From assembly GCA_963677485.1 (NCBI GenBank), contig OY781964.1, positions 96,001 to 160,000 on the forward strand: a stretch of 64,000 bases of DNA, read 5' to 3'. The stretch comes from Armatimonadota bacterium (GTDB lineage Bacteria; Armatimonadota; HRBIN16). The position numbers were made by a program, and so were the translations under genes. Positions 10,332-19,815 of the stretch are shown here, in pieces. The number at the start of each line of letters is the position of its first letter. Position 1 is the stretch's first letter. Under the pieces are notes generated by a model. It searched no databases, had not been told where the DNA came from, and was given only the letters and a program-made list of their open reading frames with translations.

Positions 10332-10988
10332 TTTTCCACCTTGATGTTTTGATGTGGATTCCCCGGTTTGCCGGAGGCGAATCGGGACGGCAGGAAAACA
10401 CGTTCATCTTCCTGCGCACAGTAATATTGTAACAGCCTTGCCGATTTCTCTGCGGGTTGTGAGTAACGCTGTGGGGGCGTCTATCCAATTGGCTGCATGG
10501 ATAGGCGATGAGGCGAGCCCATGCAGTTGCCCTGCGCCTGCATGCGGGCAGCGAACGGAGGCTAGCAGCCTGCGAGCTACACCTGTGGCCCTTGGCGACG
10601 GGTTCGGCGGCCTGTCCGTGACTTCGTCCCGGTACGGGCACTGTCACCCATCGCTGATCAGTATCGGCCCGCGTGCCGGCGAGCGTCGGCGAGGGAGCCC
10701 CTGCGCCGGCCGGAGCGAAGCGACGCCGGCCGCTAATGATCAGCCGCGCGGTGCAGGAACCCGCACTGGACGCAGTTCCCGGAGCGTCAGCTCCCGGAAC
10801 ATAGTCGTGTGGGTGACTAAACCCGCGGCAGCTTGGCGCTTGTGTATAAATGCCTCCACCCGACCGGCGAGTCGCGGCCGTTACCCCTCCGCGCCTTTGT
10901 GCCCTTTGCATCCCTTGCGCCTTTGCGTTGTGATCCCATCCGGCAACAGAACAGCCACCAGTGTGGAAGGACGATCCGCAAACTACCC

Positions 10989-11756
10989 CTACTCCACCTC
11001 GTAGGTAGCATTCACCGTCACGGTGGTGACCATCTCACCTGGCTGAATGGTGATCTGCTCAGATGAATCATCTGGACCGCCACTGCTAGCAGGAGCCGAA
11101 TAAAGAGCGTTAGCACCGAGGGACAAGCCGTAAGGCTCCTCCTCACTACACGACACTAGCCGCCCCACTTTTCCACCCAATGACGATGCCAAATCGGCGG
11201 CCTTCTTGTGAGCGGCCGCTGCGGCCTTCGCACGGCCTTCGGCACGAATCTTGCCCATATCCTCAACCGAGTATTCCAGCTCGTTCACGATGTTAGCACC
11301 GGCACCCACGGCAGCATCAATGATGTCAGCCGCCTTTGGGATGTCACGAATCCGCACATGAAGCATCTCTTTCGCGTGCCAGTTGCCGGTGTTCTTACCT
11401 GTCTTGCCATTCACCTCTGCCGTCATCGAGAACTCAGAGGTCTGAACATCCTTCTCCGCAACCCCTGCCGATTTCAACACCTGTAATACCTTCGCACTGG
11501 TGCTTCTGACAAACCCCTGTACCGCCTTCGCCGATTTATCTGACTGCGAAACACCCAGATTGACCTCCACAAGCTCAGGTTTCGTTCGGACGACACAAGT
11601 GCCCGTAACCGTCACGCCTCTTGGGTTGCCATCACCAAGCCGTGACGCTGCTCCACCGCTTCGGTTCGCCTTCCCAAGGCCCACCAGCGCGACCACGGCC
11701 ATGACCACTAACGACACATACAGAAAGCGAATCAACGACTTCTGAAACTCAGCCAT
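10989..11756 (-). CDS. SIMPL (DUF541) family periplasmic protein
   Basis: N-terminal TM; VTVTG..PELV, DIIDAAVGAGAN, IQPGE..TVTVNATY. Confidence 0.88.
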   Translation of the reverse strand: MAEFQKSLIRFLYVSLVVMAVVALVGLGKANRSGGAASRLGDGNPRGVTVTGTCVVRTKPELVEVNLGVSQSDKSAKAVQGFVRSTSAKVLQVLKSAGVAEKDVQTSEFSMTAEVNGKTGKNTGNWHAKEMLHVRIRDIPKAADIIDAAVGAGANIVNELEYSVEDMGKIRAEGRAKAAAAAHKKAADLASSLGGKVGRLVSCSEEEPYGLSLGANALYSAPASSGGPDDSSEQITIQPGEMVTTVTVNATYEVE

Positions 11757-11970
11757 TTCTCTTCTCCTTATCCTTATCGCATTGCAGTTGTGATGTTACA
11801 GGAATCCATTACCACAGATTCCCATTCATATATAGACGTTATTATCATAACTATTTGTTCCCGTCTCCTTTTCTCCTTCTCTCCTCCCCTCCTCCCCCGC
11901 AGTCTTGCGATTTGCTACCAAGAATGACATGCTATTAATAGCATCCAACTATCCAAAGGGGGATCACCCT

Positions 11971-13392
11971 GTGAATCGACGCCGGTTTATCAACGGATCC
12001 GCAATGACGATGGCCGCGCTCTCTGCTGTACCGGCAGCCATGTCTGCGGCAGATCAAAGTCAGGATCAAAAGACCAGCACTTCAATCGATCATACCAATA
12101 AGGTGAAACACGACATGCAAGACCCAATATCGCCAGAACAGCAAAGATACCGTACGATGCTCACCAAGTATGCCACCGCGAACTGCACCAAGATGCTTCG
12201 TGAGCCGATTGGCGTGCTGAAGCATCCGTTCATAGTGCCAGGCAGCGTCTACCAAGATAACCTGTGGGACTGGGACTCCTGGCTAGCCGATGTGGCCATC
12301 AGCCAGCTGGTGGTCGATTCGCCGAAACTTGATAAGGACCTGCTGAGTAAATACGAAAAAGGCAGTATCCTGAACTTCCTGGAGGCCACCGACGACGACG
12401 GCTGGATGCCCATCTGCATCAGTGTCGGCGGATTTGGCGAGATATTTGAGAAGAAAGGTGACGGCTCCCTGGCGAATATGCACAAGCCTGTCATCGCCCA
12501 GCACGCCGCGTTCATCGTCAAAGCACACAACAACGATGCGGAGTGGCTGCGACCTCTGGTCGGCAAACTTGAGGCATTTCTTGGCGCATACGAGCGAAAC
12601 TTTAAACATGCAAAAACTGGACTGTACTACTGGAAGAACGACCTGGCCATCGGCGTGGACAACGACCCAAGCGTCTACTTCCGCCCGCCGAACAGTTGCG
12701 GTTCGATCTACCTGAACTGCCTGATGGTCAAAGAGATGCTGGCGATGGGTTACATTGCTGAAGTTCTAGGAACCGGTACTGCCACCACCTGGCGCCGTAA
12801 AGCCGATGCATTGAAAGCATCAATCAATGAGCACTGCTGGGATGAGCGGGACGGCAGCTACTACAGCGTAGACCTAAACCTGCTGCCCAACGAAAACATC
12901 AAGGGCCTGCATGAAAATCTGCCCCGCGACTGGGACTGCCTGATCATGCGCATCGATGCATGGAGCAACTTCATGGCGTTATGGGCCGGAGTGGCCAGCA
13001 CGGAGCATGCGGCACGTGTGGTGCTTCACGCCCGAAACACCCACACATTCAACGCACCATACGGCATACGGACACTCAGCAAGATGGAAAAGATGTATAA
13101 CCTAAAGGCAAGTGGCAACCCAAGTAACTGGCTGGGGCCGATCTGGGGCATCGCCAACTACATGACCTTCCGCGGTCTGGCTGATTACGGCTACACGGAA
13201 GACGCTGCTGAGATCGCACAGAAGACCATCAACCTGTTTGGCCGCGATTACGAGCAGTTCGGCTCGCTGCATGAGTATTACAACCCCGACACCGGCGAAG
13301 CCATCCTCAACGCCAACTTCCAGAACTGGAACCTGTTGGTGTTGAACATGATCGCCTGGCTGGAAGGCCGACGCATCGTTCGCGAGTTCTAG
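11971..13392 (+). CDS. Tat-exported (alpha/alpha)6 glycoside hydrolase, GH63/GH37-like
   Basis: GTG start after AAAGGGGG; NRRRF twin-arginine; LWDWDSW, GVDNDP, NWLGPIW, LHEYYNPDTGE. Confidence 0.82.
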   Translation: MNRRRFINGSAMTMAALSAVPAAMSAADQSQDQKTSTSIDHTNKVKHDMQDPISPEQQRYRTMLTKYATANCTKMLREPIGVLKHPFIVPGSVYQDNLWDWDSWLADVAISQLVVDSPKLDKDLLSKYEKGSILNFLEATDDDGWMPICISVGGFGEIFEKKGDGSLANMHKPVIAQHAAFIVKAHNNDAEWLRPLVGKLEAFLGAYERNFKHAKTGLYYWKNDLAIGVDNDPSVYFRPPNSCGSIYLNCLMVKEMLAMGYIAEVLGTGTATTWRRKADALKASINEHCWDERDGSYYSVDLNLLPNENIKGLHENLPRDWDCLIMRIDAWSNFMALWAGVASTEHAARVVLHARNTHTFNAPYGIRTLSKMEKMYNLKASGNPSNWLGPIWGIANYMTFRGLADYGYTEDAAEIAQKTINLFGRDYEQFGSLHEYYNPDTGEAILNANFQNWNLLVLNMIAWLEGRRIVREF

Positions 13393-13418
13393 CTTCAGCC
13401 AGCACTCGCTGCTAAGAC

Positions 13419-14160
13419 ATAGGGGTAGGGAGAACTTTCGTTCCCCCTCCCTCCGAACCGTGCGTGCGGTTCTCCCGCACACGGCTCTCCAGTTGGTAGT
13501 GTTACCTCATTTGAGGATTGGTGATTCTTTGCACAGGATGTTTGTAGTGTAAACACCTATACTCAGCATTGAAGGCGACAGCCTTCTTTGCCCCCATATG
13601 ATGGGGCACCAACATCCGATTTGTCCAGTCCACCGATGGCTGAGCAGTCGCCTGCTAGTTGTTTCCGCTTGTTTAGCCTTTTTTTAGGCACTTCTCGCGC
13701 GGAGCTATATTCGGTGGCTGAGACTTCACGGATCTACCTTCCTGCGCTCCCTTGGCTCCACATCCATTACAGACGCTTCAACGCTACTATGGGCGCTCTG
13801 ACTTCTGCCTGCAACGAACTTACTATCGCCACTACTGCAGGCAGATCTCCCTGCTTCACTTACGCGACCTCTTGTGACCATTCCATCCCCAAGCACCTCG
13901 CAACCCCCATCACTGCTCTATACGCTCACTCTCAAGCATAACAGGCACTGTTTTCACAGCACAAACTTCACCATTCCTACGCTGGCTCGTTGGTTCTACG
14001 CGGCCGAAACGGGTTCGTTATCCTACGGACTGGTCACTCGCCAACAGTTGCTCTCCACCCCACCTCGCGGTGACGCAGTTACTGCCGACTACAAGGCCAG
14101 AGTTGGCGTGGCCTCGAAGAGGAATTGCACCTCTTTGTTCGCGTACGCTTGCAGGCGCAC
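13419..14160 (-). mobile_element. ORF-less group II intron (internally deleted derivative)
   Basis: 5' GTGCG at 14160; domain V GAGCCGTGTGCGGGAGAACCGCACGCACGGTTCGG; ends CCCCTAT at 13419; ribozyme 5' part near-identical to neighbour; only short degenerate RT ends remain. Confidence 0.9.
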
Positions 14161-16008
14161 ATAGGGGTAGGGAGAGCTTTCGCTCCCCCTCCCTCCGAAC
14201 CGTGCGTGCGGTTCTCCCGCACACGGCTCTCCAGTTGGTAGTATTACCTTTCTAAGGATTGGCGATACTTCTCACAAGCTGTATGTAGTGAAAACAGCCC
14301 GTGATGCTCAAAGAAGGCGTTCGGCCATATGTTGTGGTCAATTCCACGACCTACACCGCGGCGTCCGTCACGACCACGTAATATACTACGTAACCGCATA
14401 CGTATCCATCCATCCAAGTCCCTAAATATACGACCATCGCAGTATTTGAAGTATCCAAACCAGCCTCTGGTGCTCATGTTTAAGTCATGGATGATGGCCT
14501 GCAGGCTGCGGCCATTTGCGCGTGGGGTCTTTTCGCGGATCGTATCCTTTAGCTTCTTGAGGCTCTTGTCACGAACATTCAGGTATTTACCTTTTTCGAA
14601 ACGAAAGCCCAAGAACTCAAAGGGCTCGATCAGAGCGTCTACGATCCGAGTCTTTACCGGGTGAAGGGTAAGACCAGCTCTTGTCGTCCAGTCTCCCAAC
14701 TTCTGCAAGGCTGCCTCAGCATCTTCCTGGCTTTTGCACAATATCACCAGATCATCGGCGTACCGAACCATCTCTATACCCAGCTCTTCCATCATATGGT
14801 CAAGTGGGTCTAGATAGATATTCGCCAGCAGTGGACTTATCACTGCCCCCTGCGGCGTCCCTTCATCAGGACGCCATTCTGCCACGGTGTCGATAACCCC
14901 CTGGCCTAAGTATGACTTCAGTAAAGACAACACCTTACCATCAGACACCTTGCTCTCCACGAGTGAGAGCAGAGCTGCATGGGGTATCGTGTCAAAGTAG
15001 CTCCTAATGTCAGCATCTACAACGTAGGTGTAACCCTGTTCTAGTAGTGCTGACACACGGCCGATGGCGTGATGGCAACCTAACCCCGGACGGAAACCAT
15101 AACTCCTGTCGGAGAAGTCCCGCTCGAAGATCGGCTCAAGCACGTTCCTCAGTGCCGTTTGAACTACCCTGTCTCTGACTGTAGGTATCCCAAGTGGTCG
15201 CTTTTCTTTGCTTCCGGGCTTGGGTATCCATACTCGCAGTATCGATTGGGGGTAATAGATACCCTCAATCAGCCATGTATGTATCTCTTGAAGATTGGCC
15301 TCAAGATGTTTCCCGAAATGAGCCACACTCTGGTGGTCTACACCGGCACTACCCTTATTTGCTTTCACTCGCGTGAAGGCATCCATCAGGTTTTGCATGG
15401 AGCAGACCTTGTCCATCAGGCTATACCATTTACCTCCATTGACCCCCTCGTCGAGGGCAGCCAACATTCGCCTCGTCCAGACAGCCGGTAGCATAACAGG
15501 GTCAGTGCTTGCTGCTCCCGCGTGGTTAGTCCCTCTAGACACTAGCGCGGGTAACTGTTCCTTTATCTTCACTTGGCGAATCTACCTTCCTGCGCTCCCT
15601 TGGCTCCACATCCATTACAGACGCTTCAACGCTACTATGGGCGCTCTGACTTCTGCCTGCAACGAACTTATTATCGCCACTACTGCAGGCAGATCTCCCT
15701 GCTTCACTTACGCGACCTCTTGTGACCATTCCATCCCCAAGCACCTCGCAACCCCCATCACTGCTCTATACGCTCACTCTCAAGCATGACAGGCACTGTT
15801 TTCACAGCACAAACTTCGCCATTCCTACGCAGGCTCGTTGGTTCTACGCGGCCGAAACGGGTTTGTTATTCTACGGACTGGTCACTCGCCAACAGTTGCT
15901 CTCCACCCCACCTCGCGGTGACGCAGTTACTGCCGACTACAAGGCCAGAGTTGGCGTGGCCTCGAAGAGGAATTGCACCTCTTTGTTCGCGTACGCTTGC
16001 AGGCGCAC
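14161..16008 (-). mobile_element. Full-length group II intron
   Basis: 5' GTGCG at 16008, RT ORF in domain IV, domain V/VI and terminal CCCCTAT at 14161. Confidence 0.95.
14244..15572 (-). CDS. ltrA: Group II intron reverse transcriptase/maturase, no endonuclease domain
   Basis: RPLGIPTVRDR, SYGFRP, DADIRSYFD, GTPQGAVISPLLANIYL, RYADD, maturase X domain (GWFGYF); 442 aa. Confidence 0.95.
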   Translation of the reverse strand: MKIKEQLPALVSRGTNHAGAASTDPVMLPAVWTRRMLAALDEGVNGGKWYSLMDKVCSMQNLMDAFTRVKANKGSAGVDHQSVAHFGKHLEANLQEIHTWLIEGIYYPQSILRVWIPKPGSKEKRPLGIPTVRDRVVQTALRNVLEPIFERDFSDRSYGFRPGLGCHHAIGRVSALLEQGYTYVVDADIRSYFDTIPHAALLSLVESKVSDGKVLSLLKSYLGQGVIDTVAEWRPDEGTPQGAVISPLLANIYLDPLDHMMEELGIEMVRYADDLVILCKSQEDAEAALQKLGDWTTRAGLTLHPVKTRIVDALIEPFEFLGFRFEKGKYLNVRDKSLKKLKDTIREKTPRANGRSLQAIIHDLNMSTRGWFGYFKYCDGRIFRDLDGWIRMRLRSILRGRDGRRGVGRGIDHNIWPNAFFEHHGLFSLHTACEKYRQSLER

Positions 16009-16123
16009 GTAGGGGTGCCCCTTGTGGGCACCCTAATCGTTGCCGGTCATCGATATTGTGTCGGCTATATCGCCCATTCAACGGTTGACATTGTGCTAGG
16101 GTGCCTACAAGAGACGCCCTTAC
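16009..16123. repeat. Inverted REP doublet (REPIN-like), 5' exon of the intron
   Basis: GTAGGGGTGCCCCTTGTGGGCACCCT (16009-16034) and degenerate inverted copy AGGGTGCCTACAAGAGACGCCCTTAC (16098-16123). Confidence 0.78.
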
Positions 16124-16156
16124 GGCCAACGAAAATACCGAACATGCCCACTTGCA

Positions 16157-17359
16157 TCACTTCCCCGGCTTCTTCGCTTCCTTCGCCATCACGCCTTTCA
16201 GGGACAGCTCACGTATGGCGATATCACCTCGGAAAGGCGATTTCAGCTCCCAACCGATGTTGAAGTGTGAGATCTTGAAGCCAGACAGATCAGGCTTCAC
16301 GTCAAGAAAGGCCTGTTTCTGCGTTTGCATCGCCAGGAGGGCCTTGCGAGCGACCTCCAAAACATCAATGCTGATCTCAGTTTCTTTCCCAGCCGCAAAG
16401 GCATCCAGCCTGGCTAGATAGTCTTTACCCAGCACCGTCAGGTAACTCAGCCCATAGGCAAAGGACTCACCATCGGACATCACCAAATCCGTACTGTAAT
16501 TGACGGGTAAAGGGTAGGGCAAAAAGTCATCATAAACCTGGCACCCGAGCCAGAAGGTCTTGCCAAAGTTGCTGGGCAGAGCCGTATCTCCTTTGCGGCA
16601 ATCAACCACCTTGAACCAAAGGAAAAAGCCATTCCGGTTGTAAAGCCCCCTCCAGTTCGCAATCTGATCGCCCTTGTATTGGCTGCTCAGGTTCTCAGCA
16701 CAAATCAACCTGAGTTTGACCTTAAGCTTAAGTGACTGGAGGGTATTGAGAGCAGGGAAGGTGCTGGCATACTCCTCGGCAACACCAATCCGCACCTTGC
16801 GGTCGCGGTAAGGGAAGAAGTCGTGATATAGAAGATAGTGCGGTCGTAATGACTCCATGCGTTCATAGGAGATAGGCTCATGGTTGAACATAGCAAGTGA
16901 GTCGATACCCATCTGCAGCTCTGGCTGTCCTTTACTGTCGACAATCACACGCATAGATTCGTATTCGCTTTGCCATAAGGCTTCACGTTTAGTCGATATC
17001 TTACGGTCACTCTCCGAAAGGCTTTTTACACAATACCACTGGGCCACCGACCCGAAAGGCTGCTGGCCAGTGGCCTTTATCGGTTTTAACTGGTTGAAAT
17101 CTGTGAAGGGCATCTCTCGGGCTATCATGGGTGGAGAAACCATAAATCCGCGCAGGAATGCATCAGCTGGGAAGAATTCAACCGCCGTTTCGGCTTTGGC
17201 GGCCGCAGCCAGCTTCGCACGGCCTTTGTCTGGTTGGCTTTGATTGGCCTGCTGGTTCTGCTTAGGCGTGGTGGGTATATCGGCAACAGCACTTGCTACA
17301 TGGCTGAGCCCTAACGCCAAAATCGTCCATGCATACAACTCGTATTTCCCTAAGCGCAC
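16157..17359 (-). CDS. Hypothetical exported protein
   Basis: 400-aa ORF, GTG start with AGGAG RBS, signal-peptide-like N-terminus; family not recognised. Confidence 0.75.
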   Translation of the reverse strand: MRLGKYELYAWTILALGLSHVASAVADIPTTPKQNQQANQSQPDKGRAKLAAAAKAETAVEFFPADAFLRGFMVSPPMIAREMPFTDFNQLKPIKATGQQPFGSVAQWYCVKSLSESDRKISTKREALWQSEYESMRVIVDSKGQPELQMGIDSLAMFNHEPISYERMESLRPHYLLYHDFFPYRDRKVRIGVAEEYASTFPALNTLQSLKLKVKLRLICAENLSSQYKGDQIANWRGLYNRNGFFLWFKVVDCRKGDTALPSNFGKTFWLGCQVYDDFLPYPLPVNYSTDLVMSDGESFAYGLSYLTVLGKDYLARLDAFAAGKETEISIDVLEVARKALLAMQTQKQAFLDVKPDLSGFKISHFNIGWELKSPFRGDIAIRELSLKGVMAKEAKKPGK

Positions 17360-17947
17360 TGTGAACTCTCCTTATTTCAACGAACACTTCATTTTGATCT
17401 ACACACTCTGAACCATCAGTATCCATAATATCTAGCTTCAGTGACTGGCATCTTCGTACCGCCCAGCTTTATGCCCGACTAACAACCAGCACAGACAGTC
17501 CAAGCTGACATCTATGCTCTTTTGGACAAGAATGGTTGAATCCATGCGATCCCGTAAAAGTCTGCCTATCCTGTGTTGTGCCGATGATACCGGTCTGGCC
17601 AGGGGCGGCTCCATTAAAATAGGATCGTCCGCTGGGAAATCGCCGCTGCGCACCTACTGCCTACCAGCATCACCAGAGAACACAAGCATATCCCAAGTCC
17701 GAGCGTCATTTGTATCATACTTCCCTCGAATCGCAACTATTAGTGATTGGAATTTCATCTCGATGTCATTGCTGGTTGGTTGAACCCGATTTGTGTCAAG
17801 CCGAAGTCGGTGTAGAGCACCATTTCACATCGTGCTGGCGAATTTCAAGCGACGCTTTGAAAAGCCACCTATTCCAAGCTATGTATGGACATATTCGCCC
17901 ATGAGCCTGCATTCACCGTTTCATCGTGCGCCAGCAGGTTAGGCTGA

Positions 17948-19780
17948 TCATTCGGTCGCGCCGTATTTCAGAAGCTCGCTGACGACATTTTTATGTTCAG
18001 AGGTAAGCTGTGCGTAATGTAGAGGTGTGAAGCCTTTCGCATCTCTCGCATTGATATCAGCTCCAGCATCCACCAGTAAACTAATCCACGCCACTGCACT
18101 TCGACGCACCGCACCAAACATCAGCGTTTCACCATTGGTATTGCGCGCATTTATGTGATAACCGACTCGTTTCATGGTATCTAAGAGACTGCTCGATGCA
18201 CCTTCTACTAGGGCATAATACGCCATTGTTTCGCCAGAGGAGTTTTTGGAATATAGATCCGCACCTTTCTTTACGAGGAGTTCTGCTACATCGCTGTTGG
18301 TGCCACGCACCGCCCAGGAAAGCGGCGTTCGACCCTCGTTATCCCGGGCACTGATATCTGCTCCCATGTCGAGCATTCTCTGGATCGTTGGCACATCTGC
18401 CGACATAGCAGCAATGCCAAATGACGTGATACCATTATCATCTTTTGCATTCACATCCGCACCTTTTGATAGCAACTCATCTACAAGTTCTTTCCAGCTA
18501 TATAAAGAGGCCTCATGTAAGGGGGTCGAATTCGCAAGGTAGTCATTTCTACTGTTCACCAACGAAGGATCGATTTTCAAGAGCTGTTGAAACCTGGGTC
18601 GGTTATTCTGCTCAATCGCCCTAAAGAACTCCAGAATCAATGCCTTTTTACGCGGATATAAATTGAGTGTCTTAATCAGCTTTCCAGAAGCGGTGTTGTA
18701 TATGGAGAGCGTTTGAGTGTATCTCACTAGAGCCATGCCCTTCCATATCCGCTGCCCAAATTTTGTGGGAATCACCTTACGTTGCCCTTTAGGCACGGTC
18801 ACCAGGTAATTCTGTCTGATGACCTTGTCTGTTTTGGAATGAGTGTCAATATTGACAAGAAGGGTATTTCCAGTAGCCGGTATTGACACTTGCGATGATT
18901 GGTCGTATTGACTCCAATCCCCCGGAAGGATAGATTCCATCTTGCTGCGAATGTCAAAGACATGGAGACGTTGGGCACCTTCTTTATCGGGATTTCCAAG
19001 TATTATATATTGGCTGTTCAACACACCGAGCGGGTAGAAACCGGGCGAGAGCTTAGCAAAACCTCGGGTAATACTGCCGTCTGCACTAAGCTCCATAAGC
19101 ACCGTTTGGGGTGGCACGCTACCTTGTCGATTCTTTGAATCAATTGTGTAAAGAAGCAGTTTATGACCGAACTGAACAAGACGTGGTATCGAATACCAAT
19201 AAACATATCCAGCATAATTGCCAGGAAAATCCAGCCTCCTGAGTAAGTCAATGGAGGGCTTAGAACCGACACGAATTCGCACCAAATGCTGTGCAGTGAT
19301 CGGCCGTACAGAGGGGCCATTCTCACGCCAGCTTAAAATAGCCAGCGCTGGTTGCCCCTGGGGAATAATGTTGCCAAGAAAAAGCGATAGACCACCAGCA
19401 CTGTGGTGCATGAATCTCATTTGGTTTGCATCTGCATGGTCGCGCCATAACTTGTCGTTATCAAGCCATTGGTCGGCAAACTTATCCAAAGAGAGTGTGG
19501 CTACAGCTTTATTCTTATAGGAAACAATGAGGTCGGACTTCCAATAACCATTAACAATTTCCAGCCCATACCCACCGGATAATCGGACCGGATCAGCGTT
19601 ACCCGATGAATCCGCACTACTAAGCCCATCCTCCAGCAGGATGCGATCTCCCCCGCTCACAAGGTAGACCCTCTTGCCGGCATTCTCAACGCGAACTTGC
19701 TTGAACGCAGAGCCTGCGGTTGCAGACCATGCAATCAGCAACATGCAAGTGATAGATAGCAAAATCTTTACCCTACACAT
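17948..19780 (-). CDS. Exported protein with C-terminal ankyrin repeats
   Basis: AGGAGG RBS before MCRVK; signal peptide; repeats TPLHEA..GADVNAKD, GRTPLSWA, GFTPLHYA. Confidence 0.85.
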   Translation of the reverse strand: MCRVKILLSITCMLLIAWSATAGSAFKQVRVENAGKRVYLVSGGDRILLEDGLSSADSSGNADPVRLSGGYGLEIVNGYWKSDLIVSYKNKAVATLSLDKFADQWLDNDKLWRDHADANQMRFMHHSAGGLSLFLGNIIPQGQPALAILSWRENGPSVRPITAQHLVRIRVGSKPSIDLLRRLDFPGNYAGYVYWYSIPRLVQFGHKLLLYTIDSKNRQGSVPPQTVLMELSADGSITRGFAKLSPGFYPLGVLNSQYIILGNPDKEGAQRLHVFDIRSKMESILPGDWSQYDQSSQVSIPATGNTLLVNIDTHSKTDKVIRQNYLVTVPKGQRKVIPTKFGQRIWKGMALVRYTQTLSIYNTASGKLIKTLNLYPRKKALILEFFRAIEQNNRPRFQQLLKIDPSLVNSRNDYLANSTPLHEASLYSWKELVDELLSKGADVNAKDDNGITSFGIAAMSADVPTIQRMLDMGADISARDNEGRTPLSWAVRGTNSDVAELLVKKGADLYSKNSSGETMAYYALVEGASSSLLDTMKRVGYHINARNTNGETLMFGAVRRSAVAWISLLVDAGADINARDAKGFTPLHYAQLTSEHKNVVSELLKYGATE

Positions 19781-19815
19781 TTTGAGCCTCCTGGCGTGGT
19801 ATTCATCGGTATTGA

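Noticed and set aside
10332-10600. T-box leader for glyQS
   Set aside because: No T-box consensus (GGTGGnACCGCG) or antiterminator found
13419-16008. RT plus near-identical repeats as a diversity-generating retroelement or retron
   Set aside because: The repeats are intron ribozyme domains (GTGCG start, domain V, AY end), the RT has a maturase domain, and there is no adenine-specific TR/VR pattern or target gene
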